This document shows, piece by piece, positions 52,342 to 64,000 of a DNA stretch of 64,000 nt. The DNA is from Octopus sinensis (taxonomy: Eukaryota): NCBI RefSeq assembly GCF_006345805.1, contig NC_042999.1:112716001-112780000 (forward strand), written 5' to 3'. Under the pieces are notes generated by a model, which was not told where the DNA came from, made no database searches, and saw only the letters and a program-made list of their open reading frames with translations. The translations under genes were made by a program, and so were the position numbers. Each line of letters opens with the position of its first letter. Position 1 is the stretch's first letter.

Positions 52342-52962
52342 GGGGGTGCTGAAAAGTTCCTGGCTTTGGGTAAAAGAAAATACAGGAGGATCAGTATTCA
52401 ACATATTCCCCTCTCAGATTCACACACTTATTACAGCTGTCCTTCAGTTTTTCTATGCCCTGTAAAAGAACTGGTTGGGCCTCCAACCAGGCTCTTTGCA
52501 ATACCTTTAAAGCTAGGAACTTTTCACCACCCCCTCATATATATGAATTAATCTTAGTGTTACCTGCTAAGTAGAATATGCTTTTCTAAAAAGGTATAAC
52601 AAAACTAAAACCGGTCTTTTGTGTTCATAAGTTGTTTTGGAAACCCTGTCCACTCTCATATTGAATTTCCATTATTCCAAAACATTTATTGTAGACTTTT
52701 TCTCTTAGATTTTAAACATCGTTAGAGGTGTAGGCATGGCTGTATGATTAGAAAGTTTACTTCCTAACCAGATGGTTTGGTGTTCAGCCTCATCACTTAG
52801 CCAAGTGTCTTCTACCCTGACTCCAAGCTGACCAAGCCTTGTAAATGGATTCAGTAGACTGAAACTGAAAGGAGTGCATCATATACTTACATATATTATA
52901 TAGAAACCATGATTCAAATAAACAGATAAAACCTTGGGTCTCAATATACAAAATATGTATAC

Positions 52963-53023
<61 letters not shown>

Positions 53024-53946
53024 AAAAGGACGGCAGATTTAAAATTTTCAGATGATTAACAATCCAGTATAAATATAAACATATTTTTCAATAGACCAAG
53101 CTTACTCAGATTACATAAACTCAAAGAATTAGAGGGACAAAAGTGTTACAAGTCCGACAGCTGTTTCTGAGGGCTCAGAGTTACTTCATAATGTTGGCAG
53201 ATGTAGGTCATCAGAAATTTGCAGCCAGTAATGGAAACAAATAAACATTGGTAAAATCCAGAGCCTCCTTCATCAGGGTGGATAGATAAGAATATACATT
53301 ATATATGTATGTGAGTGTGTGTTTACGGTTTGAATTCTATGAAAGTTGCTCAATTCAAGTAGCTTTGTTGTTACTTCTATCTACAAATTGCCTGCTCCTT
53401 CGCATTGAAGGCATGTAAATTAGATATCCCTTACTTGATAAACAAGTAAGGATTAGCAATGGGGGCATCTTGCTGAAAAACAATAGCTTAATGATATAAC
53501 CATCTAACCCATGCTAGCATATGAAAATGAACTGAGAGAAAGTTTATATCTATTTTATTGATAATCTCAGTTAATCTATTTTTCAGCTCACTATATTACA
53601 TATGTGAGATCTACTTTACTTAGTAGTCTTTGTGTGTGCCTATTCTAGTTTGCTAAATCTGATTATATTCTCAGTTTTATTGAAATCTTTGATAGTAAAA
53701 CACAGCTACCTACTAGCCACACTGCATGAAATCTTTCTTCAGAACATTCAGCTCATTTGTATACATGGAACTTAGAATGGTTTTGTTTCCAGTATCTTCC
53801 TTTCTCTTCCTTTATAGGCTGTGTGTAAGAACTAAAGTGGTTGATTAGTATTATCACCACAAGATATTCTTGATCTATTTGTTGATTTAATCCTCAGATA
53901 TATTGAAATCTTTTAATTACTACATTCCGTTCTGTTTGTCTTGCAG

Positions 53947-54108
53947 GAACTGAAAAATGAGATACATTCTACAAAATTGAAGTTAGAATCCAAAGAGTAC
54001 ATGGAAAAGCAATACAATGAAGAAATTTCTCTGCTCCAAAATGAAATAACTCAATTTAAAACAGAGGTGGATTCATACCAGAAACAAGAAGCTACTTTGA
54101 AAAGAGAA
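53947..54108 (+). CDS. SPDL1: Spindly coding exon 2 (54 codons, ELKNEIHSTK...EATLKRE), coiled coil
   Basis: ttgcAG acceptor, GTAAGT donor at 54109, 162 nt open in phase 0, heptad-like composition. Confidence 0.85.
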
Positions 54109-56651
54109 GTAAGTTAAATAGTTTTGTATGTGAATATATATACTCCCTGAATTTTGTAAACTCATCAGCTTCATGATTAATGATATACAGCTTTGTTTTG
54201 TGGGAGGAGAAGATATACTTATGCAATCATATATGTGCAGAATCTGTAATGACCGGAACCAAAGTTTCACAATTATGAAAATTCAAGGAAGGTCAAAATC
54301 ATGTGATCTGGTGGTCTCAGCATTAGACATGGTAGGGATTTATCCTCCTGCTAGCGATATAAACAAGAATGCATTTTGCACTAAAAGCCAATATGAGAGG
54401 TTATCTCCTGCAGTATAATTTGTTCTAACAGAACATCCATGTTTAAGTGGGCATAAATATTACCTTTCAGTATTGATGTTGCCTCTGTTAATATTATGAA
54501 CATTATGCCCATAGTAGAACTGGATTTTGAAGTGGAGTGCCAAAGTGGTGTACAGAATAGACAAAGAACTTAGATTCTTGAGGCCCCATTAACAGTTCTG
54601 CTATACTAGAACATGGGTGACTAGGTGATCTATATGTTGTGGTTGTAGAAGTATTCAAGTTAAAGTTAGGCAAATTACTCAGGAAGAGCTTATCCATACC
54701 ACCTGTAATTCTGAAACCAAAGGAATAAGTTACATCTTCATACACTTCCTCTTCATCAAAAACCAGTCATTGTAATTTATACCTTTTCCAAGCTGGCATG
54801 AGAGAGGTGAGTCTGCAGTACACCATATTGTCGTTCCTGTCAATTTTATGGTATTTTGGTTGTGAGGCCTAACATACTGAGGTCCAATCCCACCATTTCT
54901 TCCCTTGACTTCCTTTATCTTTAGCATTTATCAAGTCACCATTACATATTCATACTAACAGTCCCCTATCCTGCAATGCTTTTAATGCCCAGCTGTTCCT
55001 TCAACCAACTTGTTCCCTGCTTGTCAAGAAAAATGTTTCATACTCAAATCAATTCTCTGGCCATTGCAGATTTTCTGAATTGAATGCACCATCATATTTC
55101 TTACATATAAAAAAGGTAGTTTATATAAAACCACCTTTTTGTCTATATAAAACATATGTACCATGTTACCAACAAAAATAACTCCAAATGAACCTCTTTC
55201 ACTTCAGTCCTACTCCAGCACAAAGTAAGTTACATATGTAACAAACCATCAGTTATATCTCAGTGAGCCATGTGGGTACTATATGTACAACATTTCACTG
55301 GTACTCCAACTGCTATCTTGCACAGCTGAAGTCTTGTTCTCTTGTTTATTTACCAGAAATCATTATACTTTTTTGAATATCCATTGCATGCATTGAGTAC
55401 ACATAAAGTTGCTCTCTACTCTCTTCTAATATATTGAGCAAGGCCATTTTTCAACTGGTACTAGGATTTTGTTCTCCTTATTTATGATTAGTACTCTGCT
55501 TTATCCCATGTTTGCCTAACAATGAACTACATTTGTGCTATGGTGAAACCATAGCTGGAACACTGAAACCTATACAAAATACAAGAAAGAATATATACCT
55601 ACTTATTTAATGTGATCAAAAGTCTCTCCAAACTCAAGAAATTTTTGCTGTAAGTACATGGGCTCTGTCATGTCAATCAACCTCTCGTAAAAATTGCTGT
55701 GCTTTGTACCTAAATAAGAAATCCTTGTTTAGTCTAAAGAGATACAATAAAAATCCTCAACCTTTTGAGGACTTCATTAATTGGGATATAGTAACAGTTG
55801 GGGCATGGCTATTCATGTTTAGTTTGTACTTCAGGAGGTATTTGATGGTAAAAACACAAAGATAGTGGGGGAAATTCCAGAAGGGTACTATTTCAAAGAA
55901 GAAAAATCTAACAACATGCCTAATTCTGGGTCTGGTGAGATGTAGCTGGGGTAACTGGAGGAAGAGAGATTGTCAAGATTAATTTAGATAAGTTCAGAGG
56001 ATTGCCTACTATAGTAGCTGCCAACTTTTTCAGAATATTTTAGACAGCAGTTATGATAAATCTGATTGAACACTTCTTTTTTTTACACATCATAACACTG
56101 AAGAAAAAAATTGCATATTAGTCATCAGATATTTTTGTCGGATTTTACATCTCATAATTAGTGATATGCATTAGACATGAATAAATATAATATTTATATA
56201 GGTGCTGATGTAGCTGTGTGGTTAAGAAATTTGTTTCATAGCCAGATGGTTCTGTGTTCAATTTCACTACATGGCACCTATGGCAAGTGTTTTCTGTATC
56301 AAAGCCTCAAGTTTTACTCATTCTTTGTGAGTAAAATTTAGTAAGCAGAAACTACAGAAGCCTTTCATGTGCATGTATGTTTGTAAATTTTTTGTGGAAT
56401 TTACTTACACCTGAAAAAGAGATTGAGTTTACTTTGAATCAATAAAATGAGTACCAGACTAATACTGAAGTCAGTATAATAGATGGAAACCCTTGAAGAT
56501 AGTACCCGAGTATAGCCACAGTTCAGTTACTCAAATCAGTGAAAAAGTATGTATTGATTATTATTGTAGATATATATATTGTTTGTTATTGCTGTAACAT
56601 GGAATGCAATCTTTCTTTATATTTGCATACAATTTGAATTAAATGATGCAG

Positions 56652-56846
56652 TTGAGAAACAAAGATGACTTACTTGAACAGTCAAATTTAAAGGAAGAAC
56701 AATTAACTGCAGCAATTAAAAATTTAGAAAAACTACTACTTGAGAAAGCTGAAGAAGTTTCACATTATCCATCTCAAAGTTTATGTGATGATAATCAACA
56801 GCAAGTTGTACTGGAGAAAGAGGTGTTAGAACTTCAAACTGAATGT
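56652..56846 (+). CDS. SPDL1: Spindly coding exon 3 (65 codons, LRNKDDLLEQ...LELQTEC)
   Basis: AG at 56650-51 (weak pyrimidine tract but preceded by ~80 nt with no AG), GTAAGT donor at 56847, 195 nt in phase 0, coiled-coil composition. Confidence 0.8.
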
Positions 56847-56954
56847 GTAAGTATCCCTTTTTTTTTTATTTGAAAAATTGGCAACTAAAGAACCATTGAA
56901 CATAATGTCATTCTTATGTAAAATATTACAATTGAATAATCAAACAAAAAGATT

Positions 56955-57180
56955 CATGCGAGGTCGTTGCCAGTACCGCCTGACTGGCCCCTTGCTGGTG
57001 GCACATAAAAGCACCCATTACACTCTCGGAGTGGTTGGCGTTAGGAAGGGCATCCAGCTGTAGAAACTCTGCCAGATCAAGATTGGAGCCTGGTGCAGCC
57101 ATCTGGTTCGCCAGCCCTCAGCCAAATCGTTCAACCCATGCTAGCATGGAAAGTGGTCTTTAAACAATGATGATGATGAT
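56955..57180 (+). mobile_element. RTE-tail-type SINE/fragment carrying a single copy of the module amplified at 12741-13340
   Basis: GCCAG...CTGGC...GTGGCACATAAAAGCACC followed by the GGAAGGGCATCCAGC tail and (GAT)n. Confidence 0.8.
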
Positions 57181-57535
57181 GAATAAAATCCAATAAGCCA
57201 TTTTGGATTTGTTTATTTAGAAGCATTCAGAAGTTATTTAATCTTTTCATCATTGTAATACATCATGCTAATGAAAAGTCATTGATTATGGGACCAAGAT
57301 TAAAAATAATTTATTAGTATCTTAAAATGAAACAGTAGAGAAGGTCAAGGCAATACAGTGTCAGATTAAATCTTAATGTGGTTATCACTTCTAAACCCAT
57401 TATATCTTTCCTTTAAATATTTGTCTGCTACTACTGTTGAAAAAAAAAACATTCCAGGTATGAAAAAAAAAGCAAATAAATGTTAAAATAAGATCTGCTC
57501 GGAAGTGATGTTTAAATATAATGACTTATAACATA

Positions 57536-57567
<32 letters not shown>

Positions 57568-57584
57568 TCAATATTGCTTTACAG

Positions 57585-57734
57585 ACAAATTTGAAAATTA
57601 AAATTACCAGCAGTCATGCTAACACAAATCGAGTGGAGGAGGAGTTGTTGAGGGTTAAAAGAAGACTTGATGAAAAACAGCTAGAATATGAAGAAGTAAG
57701 AAGTGAAATGAACTCCTATCAAAAAACTCTTGAG
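57585..57734 (+). CDS. SPDL1: Spindly coding exon 4 (50 codons, TNLKIK...YQKTLE)
   Basis: ctttacAG acceptor after a (CT)n tract, GTATGC donor at 57735, 150 nt in phase 0. Confidence 0.85.
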
Positions 57735-57875
57735 GTATGCTTTGTAAAGCCATTTACTTGATGTAAAGAATTAATTAAATTAGCTTCGTGAGTTTCATCA
57801 TAAAATATCAACTTTATTTGAGTGAATAGTTTGGTGAATTGCACCCTTGAAATTGAAGAAGTCATTTATTTTTAA

Positions 57876-58077
57876 CCCTGTAGCATTTAAACCAGCCTCA
57901 TCTGGCCCAAATATTCTGTTTTATGTTCGAACTGGCCAAATCTGGCCTACCATGTCATTCTGAAAAATAAACAATCTCATCAACGACTTGTCAAAGATCC
58001 AAGATAATGCATGATTAATTCAAAACTGTGAATAAAATATGAATAACATTTGACAGAGTAATGTGAATGCTAAAGGG
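57876..58077. mobile_element. piggyBac-type MITE (TTAA TSD) in a Spindly intron
   Basis: TTAA|CCCTGTAGCATT ... AATGCTAAAGGG|TTAA. Confidence 0.8.
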
Positions 58078-58227
58078 TTAAAGTTTAATGACTGATGATT
58101 TAATAAATCCAAATTACTCTTATAATATCTCATATGTTTTAGCGTTATATCATTATTGTAATATAATATTGCTATTTTCCATGAAATTAGCTATATAATA
58201 TCTAATTTTATATTTCTCTTGATGTAG

Positions 58228-58326
58228 GTATCTCAAAGAGAAATCCTTGACTTAAAGGCTCAGTTGTATGCTGCTCAGGTTGAGAACATGAATCGGCAAG
58301 ACAGAGGCAATTCTCTTTTCTCTGAG
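58228..58326 (+). CDS. SPDL1: Spindly coding exon 5 (33 codons) ending in the Spindly motif GNSLFSE
   Basis: Translation VSQREILDLKAQLYAAQVENMNRQDRGNSLFSE; canonical AG/GT sites. Matches the human Spindly box GNSLFAEV. Confidence 0.92.
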
Positions 58327-59679
58327 GTAACTACATTACAGCCTTATTAATTTATCTTAAAAATTGAGTGCAAACGATTAGCTTGTAAGAAGTGTTCAAG
58401 CACTGTATAAGGAAAAGCTGTTGCAAAAAATGTAAAGTCGTGTATGAATGAAATGTGAGTAATAGATGAACAGGGTATTCTAATGTGATCCACTGAATGT
58501 ACTACAAGTTTCAACATTGGTGAATTAAGAGAGAATGATGATTATTGGTATTGCATATTAAAGGTTCAATATTAAATTGCACAGGTTAGTGGTTGAAAGT
58601 GCATTAAAGTGGAGATGAGTTGATGCAAGATTGAGACTTGTGTGAGAAAAAAAAAAACTTTTTCAGACTCTTTCAACCAGTTCAGCATAATAAAATGGTT
58701 ATGATAATGATGTTAATGTTTGATATTGAGGAATTATATTTAAAACAGTCAAACTTTGTTGTATCAAATTTGTAATAAACTGGCTATTAATAGAATATTA
58801 TAGGCTATACTTAAATGTCACCATCATATATGCTTTTGCAGCACGTTGATGACACCACGACAAAAGTCTTCCTGATTAACCATGAATTCTCCAATCAGAT
58901 AAAATCATAGTGTTACTTCATTCTGGCTTTCATAGTATTTTCTTGGCAGAGATATTGGGATGGTTTGCCATTGCCTTCCACAGCTGGCTGGCTGTTAGCC
59001 CACAAGGAGCCCATCCACCCTTCAACAGGTCTTGTTTCTAGTCTTATCAGGTGTCCAGACATCCTCATCACAAGAGTTGTAAGCTACTCGAATTGGGGAT
59101 CCAGTTCAGTTGCCGACCACTTGACCATAGAAGAGGTAATACTGGTTTACATGGTATCTCTGACATGACTCGTATAAATGGCTGTTATAAAAATTAATGT
59201 AATCTTTTTATATGGTGTATTAGATCCATAATCCCTTAAAGACTTAGTTATTATACTGTGTATTTAGGATGTCATCCAATACAACTCTGTTATAACCTTG
59301 GGAAGTGTTGAATTAAGTATTTACAAACTAACCAACAAGAGTGTCTCTACATACTGTGAAACAGTGAAATTTTTCTTAAACCACAATTTAAATTTTCAAA
59401 GTTACATAAGAAAAGGGAAGGACACATTAACTAAGGTATTCATGGATACATTGTCTGAAAATCAGATCGTGTAGTTATAGCTGAAACTCTTTGATTGTAG
59501 GTATTGTTGTTCAGAACTGACTTGGGGATAAACAGTACTCAAAGTATTTATAGTAGTGTGAATGTTGTATAATCAATGAGTACTTGTAATATTCACAACT
59601 AGGTCATTGAAATCTCTGCCATTAACATGTCACAAGTGGTCACAGGTTATGAATTATTAATTGGTAGTCCAACTGACCA

Positions 59680-61800
59680 TCATCATTTAACATCCGTTTT
59701 CTATGCTGCCATGGTTTGGACGGTTTGACAGCTGCCAGCAAATCCATGCCATGTTCTACTGTCTGCTTTAGCATGGTTTCTATAGCTGAATGCCTTCCTA
59801 ATGCCAACCACTCTACAGAGAATACTGGGTGCTTGCTACATGGCATCAGCAGCAGTAAAGTTGCCAAATAGCTTCAAACTGAGTAGGAAGTAGTGTTGAG
59901 GTGAGTGGCTTTGTACCAAGTGATGAAAGGTTAGGATATAAATAGAGTGACTGAACTAGCTATCTTGCAGTAAAGGAGACACATGGTTACGCCTTGGTAG
60001 GAAACAGACTGGAGATGATGATGATGATGTGATGGTTGGGTACACTCAAGTTACAGAGTGGTGTATATAAGTGAAGAGGACCTAAGAATTGGGTAAGGTG
60101 GGTGGGTGGGTGAGTAAGTTCGTGAGATTGCAAAAGGAGAGTAGGTGTTGGAGGGGGGAGAATATTGTGAGTGAACACAGAGGGAGGGGGTATTAGGTAG
60201 ATATCTCATGGGAAAGAGATTGAACAGGGACACACTGTGGTGCAGGTAGGTTCGTGGGGGTACAAAAGGAGAATGGGAGATTGAGGGAATACAGTGAATG
60301 GTGAACTTAGGTGAGGAGATGTAGGAAGTGTTGGGAAGATGGGTTGTGTGGGAAAGATTTGTCAGGGACAGACTGTGCAGAATGACATACCTTTATGACC
60401 TTCATTTTACTTATCTGGACTGGTCTTCTCAAGCACAGGAAATCACCAATCATCTCCATCCTTTGTCATCTCTTCTGTAAGGCTCAACATATGAAGATCA
60501 TTTTTCACCACTTCATCCCACATCTTTGTGGATCTTACTCTTCCACAGATTTCCTCCACATTTAGAGATCAGCGTTTCTTAATGCAGTTGTCTTCATTTG
60601 CATCACATGACCATACCAGTGCTGTCTTCTCTCTCAACACATTGGTCTTTGTTAAATTAACTCTGAGGTACTTTGATTCCAGGCCTTGTTTTCTTCTTTA
60701 CTTCTATAGATTCATCTATAAGAACAAGATTCATCAGCATAGAGAAGCTCCCATGGGCAACCAGCTTTAAAATTATTTTATGGCCTGGAGGACTATAATA
60801 AGCAAAAACCTAAGAACTGAGCCTTGGTGATCTACCTGCTCATTAAACTTGTTAACACACTCATTACTGACTTTCACTTTAATAATAGCATCCCTGTACA
60901 TGGCTTGGACTGCTTTCAGCATATCAACAAATACCAATTACAGCAGTTTATTTTTGGCTAAATGCTTCTGTTGTAGTTACCTTACTTGGAAGATAGCATC
61001 AGTAGTGTTTATCCTGGCACAAAACCAAACTGCATCTCATCTAGGTTGATTCTCTTCCTAATTAGTTGAGCTATGACCCTTTTTATAACTTTCCTAAACT
61101 GGTCCAGAAATTTGATACCTCTATAATTACTTCTTTACCTTTGAGCAGTTGACTATGATGCTGCTACTCCTTTCTGGATGAAATGATTAACTATACAGGT
61201 GACTAGGATGTATCCCACTCTGCCAGGTATTTAAAGCATCTGTGGTGATTCCTGATGGATCAGGAACTTCCCCTTCATATCATTAATTATCTATCATACA
61301 GTTGTCACCTTGGATAGCTGATCCCTCTGTTGGGTACATATTGGGAAGGCCTTCCTTTTCCCATGCATTCCCCACAGTGAACTGTCTTTCATAAGGACAC
61401 TGCCTAGCCACTTTCTTTTCAGAGTCACTAAGTGCAAGTGTACCAACATTCATTCAAACACATCTCTCCAGCATCACAATTTTTTCTGACACACTGTTTT
61501 GCAATCCGAAACACCTCAATCCTCTAGTCCTTATACCACTGACAAACTTTTTCCTTTCTGCTTCTCCCCTAGCTAAATTTACCTGTCATGAAGCTTCTCT
61601 TCTAGCTACCTGGTATAGTTCTTTGCTCCCCCAGCTCTTCCAGTCCTTCCACACTTGTTTCCTTGCTCTTTGGCACTATCTATTTCACTGTTCTACCACC
61701 ATGTTACACTAGATCTGGCTGGAACTTTACTCAAATCCCTCCAGGTGCTAAATGCCTTAAGCCTCTGAAGAAAGACTCCTGTTATATACCTTCATCAAAT
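59680..61800 (-). mobile_element. Old degraded RTE LINE with 3' UTR and tail
   Basis: Remnants of the HQGSVL, YADE and GIKVPQ..N regions; same 3' architecture as 28670-29800. Confidence 0.7.
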
Positions 61801-62319
61801 CAACATAATAGTTCGACTTTTTCCAGACCTTATTCAGAAAGGAGTTGAACTTAGTACTACCAGCTAATTACTTTTTTAACTTTTAGCATTACTACTCATT
61901 TTGGAGACTGTTCCTTCTAAGTTGTAAAACTAGGTTGATTGGGTCATTTGCAAGTTAAGTGTCTTGTTCATACACAGAGGATGTGCATTGATAACATTTG
62001 CGGCTTTTGTACAATATCCTATCCGCTAAGTTGCCTATTCGCTCAGATTATTTAATCTTATTAGATTAAATGAAAAGTCTTATTCTAATATGTCAAGTTG
62101 TAGTTATCTCCCTTGGAATAACAAATTGCAGCGAAAGTTTGACGTAGTTATTGATTCAGCAGGGGAAATATTTATTGCCCACATCATGTCAAAATTGATG
62201 AGGTCTCTAATCATTTACTACCTCTGATTATATTTATCTGGAACAAGCAAGAGTTTGAATTTTGTTTTTGTATGATTTTATAGATACAGTTTTGGGGTTA
62301 TATATTTTACCTTTTATTC

Positions 62320-62662
62320 GTTCAGTCATTAGGCTGCAGCCATGCCAGGGCACCACCTAGAAATTTTAGTCGAAGGAATCAACTTCTTTTTTAAGTCTGG
62401 TACTTATTTTATCAGTCTCTTTTGCCAAACCGCTAAGTTATGGGGGAGCCCCAAAAAGACCAACACCAGTTGTCAAGCAGTCATGGGGGCTTAAACACAG
62501 ACTCATATACTTATGAATGTGACAGGCTTCTTTCAGTTTGTCTACCAAATCCATTCACAAGGCTTTGGCTAGCCAAAAGTTGTAAGTGGAACGATGCCAC
62601 ACAGTGGGACTGAACCCAGAACCATGTGATTGGGAAGCAAATTTTACCACACGGCCATGCCT
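62320..62662 (-). mobile_element. tRNA-derived CORE-like SINE
   Basis: Reverse complement of the dominant SINE family. Confidence 0.7.
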
Positions 62663-63821
62663 AATATATATTTATTAGTTATGGGGTTTTGAAAGGACAG
62701 TGAAATGGAGTTGGAGTATTGAATGAAGGTATAAATCGTTATAATGTAATGACTATTGTGGTTAGGGCTTAATAAAAACTCAGCCAGTTTAGAATTTCTA
62801 ACTTAGAGGTTTCACTTGTTCAATCATCTGAACTGCCTGCTCAATGATTTTATGTACAAATAGCTGACTATTCCACAGACATAATCCTCAATTGGATTCA
62901 ATGTGACACAGCTGGACTGAATTACAGGTAAAATACATCCAAAGACAGCCATACAGTTTCCGTCTACCCAATATCATTCACTAAGTTTGGGTTGAACAGT
63001 AGATATGGTAAGACACTTGCCTAAAATTTGCTGTAGTGATCTTGAAACTGGGACTTCATGATTGCAAAACAAAGTTGTTAACCATTTGGCCATGATGCCT
63101 GTATATTAGGAACTTTAATGATGATTTAAGGTTGCATTGAACAGATCCATGACTATTAATAGTTGGGATCAACTTTTTTTTTTTTTTGCTTATGAAATCT
63201 TTTTAGTCTGAGTTGGGAAAGCAATTCTTATAATTTTTACAGGTCCTTCTAGATTGAAAGATAAACACGGCTGGAGTTCTTAACCCTTTAGTATCAGAAT
63301 TATAGGTGATTTTCTTTTTCTCTCTTTTTTTTTTAAATACCCACTGTTCTAACAATAGTGTTGGTAAAATCTACTCAGCAATACAAGCAGTTGTTTAGCT
63401 TGCAAAATGGATATCTTGAAATAAGGTAATAGTGACAGTCCCATATTGTTGCCCAAGATAAATTGTCATAAACATTTATTGACTTCGTGAACGAGATTTT
63501 TTTTTTTCTAAATTAAAGTACTAAATCTTGTAAAATGGTTCAACAAGCTAAATGTGAGATTCTTAAAACTTATGTCCATAACATAATGTGAGATTCTTAA
63601 GACTTGAGTCCATAACAGTTAATCTAAGAGCTATTACAAATGTATCCTAGACTACACTTAGGCAAAAATTGTCCACCCTTGTGATTTTATCTTTAAAATG
63701 TGACATTGTTGCAGATTTTACTGTCACTACCAAAGAATTTTTTTTTATTTTTGCTTATAAGCTTCTGTTTTATTTTTTTTATTTCAAAGTGAATAAAGAA
63801 TGCAATTTATTTTCTTACTAG

Positions 63822-63932
63822 GTGGAAGATCGCCGAATTTCTGTTGAAAAAACATTAATGGCTCTACAAGAAAATTACCAAGTCTTGAAAGAGAAACATA
63901 ATTTGGAAAAGCAACAAAATTATAAACTCAAA
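63822..63932 (+). CDS. SPDL1: Spindly coding exon 6 (37 codons, VEDRRISVEKTLMALQENYQVLKEKHNLEKQQNYKLK); gene continues beyond the window
   Basis: Completes GNSLFSE|VEDRR; resembles human VEDRRAAMERQLISMKVKYQSLKKQ. AG at 63820-21, GTATGG donor at 63933. Confidence 0.92.
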
Positions 63933-64000
63933 GTATGGAATAATATTTTCATATTTTATGTTTAAGCAGAGCAGAATGTTTACCTGTTCTTTAACAACAG

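Noticed and set aside
49668-63932. Alternative identity as BICD/BICDR/HAP1/TRAK-family adaptor
   Set aside because: The GNSLFSEVEDRR motif, its downstream sequence and the ~230-aa spacing from the CC1 box match Spindly specifically.

Overview
AT-rich, microsatellite-dense animal genomic DNA. The repeat families (tRNA/CORE-like SINEs, RTE, CR1-like, R4/Dong-like and Penelope-like remnants) point to a coleoid cephalopod, probably Octopus; this is inference and no database search was run. The only confidently supported host gene is Spindly (SPDL1, kinetochore dynein adaptor) on the + strand: six coding exons from 49668 to 63932, all phase 0, about 672 aa before running off the window. It carries a CC1 box (AVNFG) and the Spindly motif GNSLFSE|VEDRR. 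It has an unusual ~385-aa acidic N-terminal extension containing a 15-aa tandem array of SUMO-site, SIM-like and CDK-site motifs. A candidate CCAAT + CDE/CHR promoter and non-coding first exon lie near 39060-39138. The putative first intron holds a young, complete but non-coding LTR element (45068-47779; tRNA-Trp PBS, PPT, 4-bp TSD). The first 39 kb is mostly transposon debris, foldback/MITE elements, tandem duplications and simple repeats, with no protein-coding host gene that I can support.
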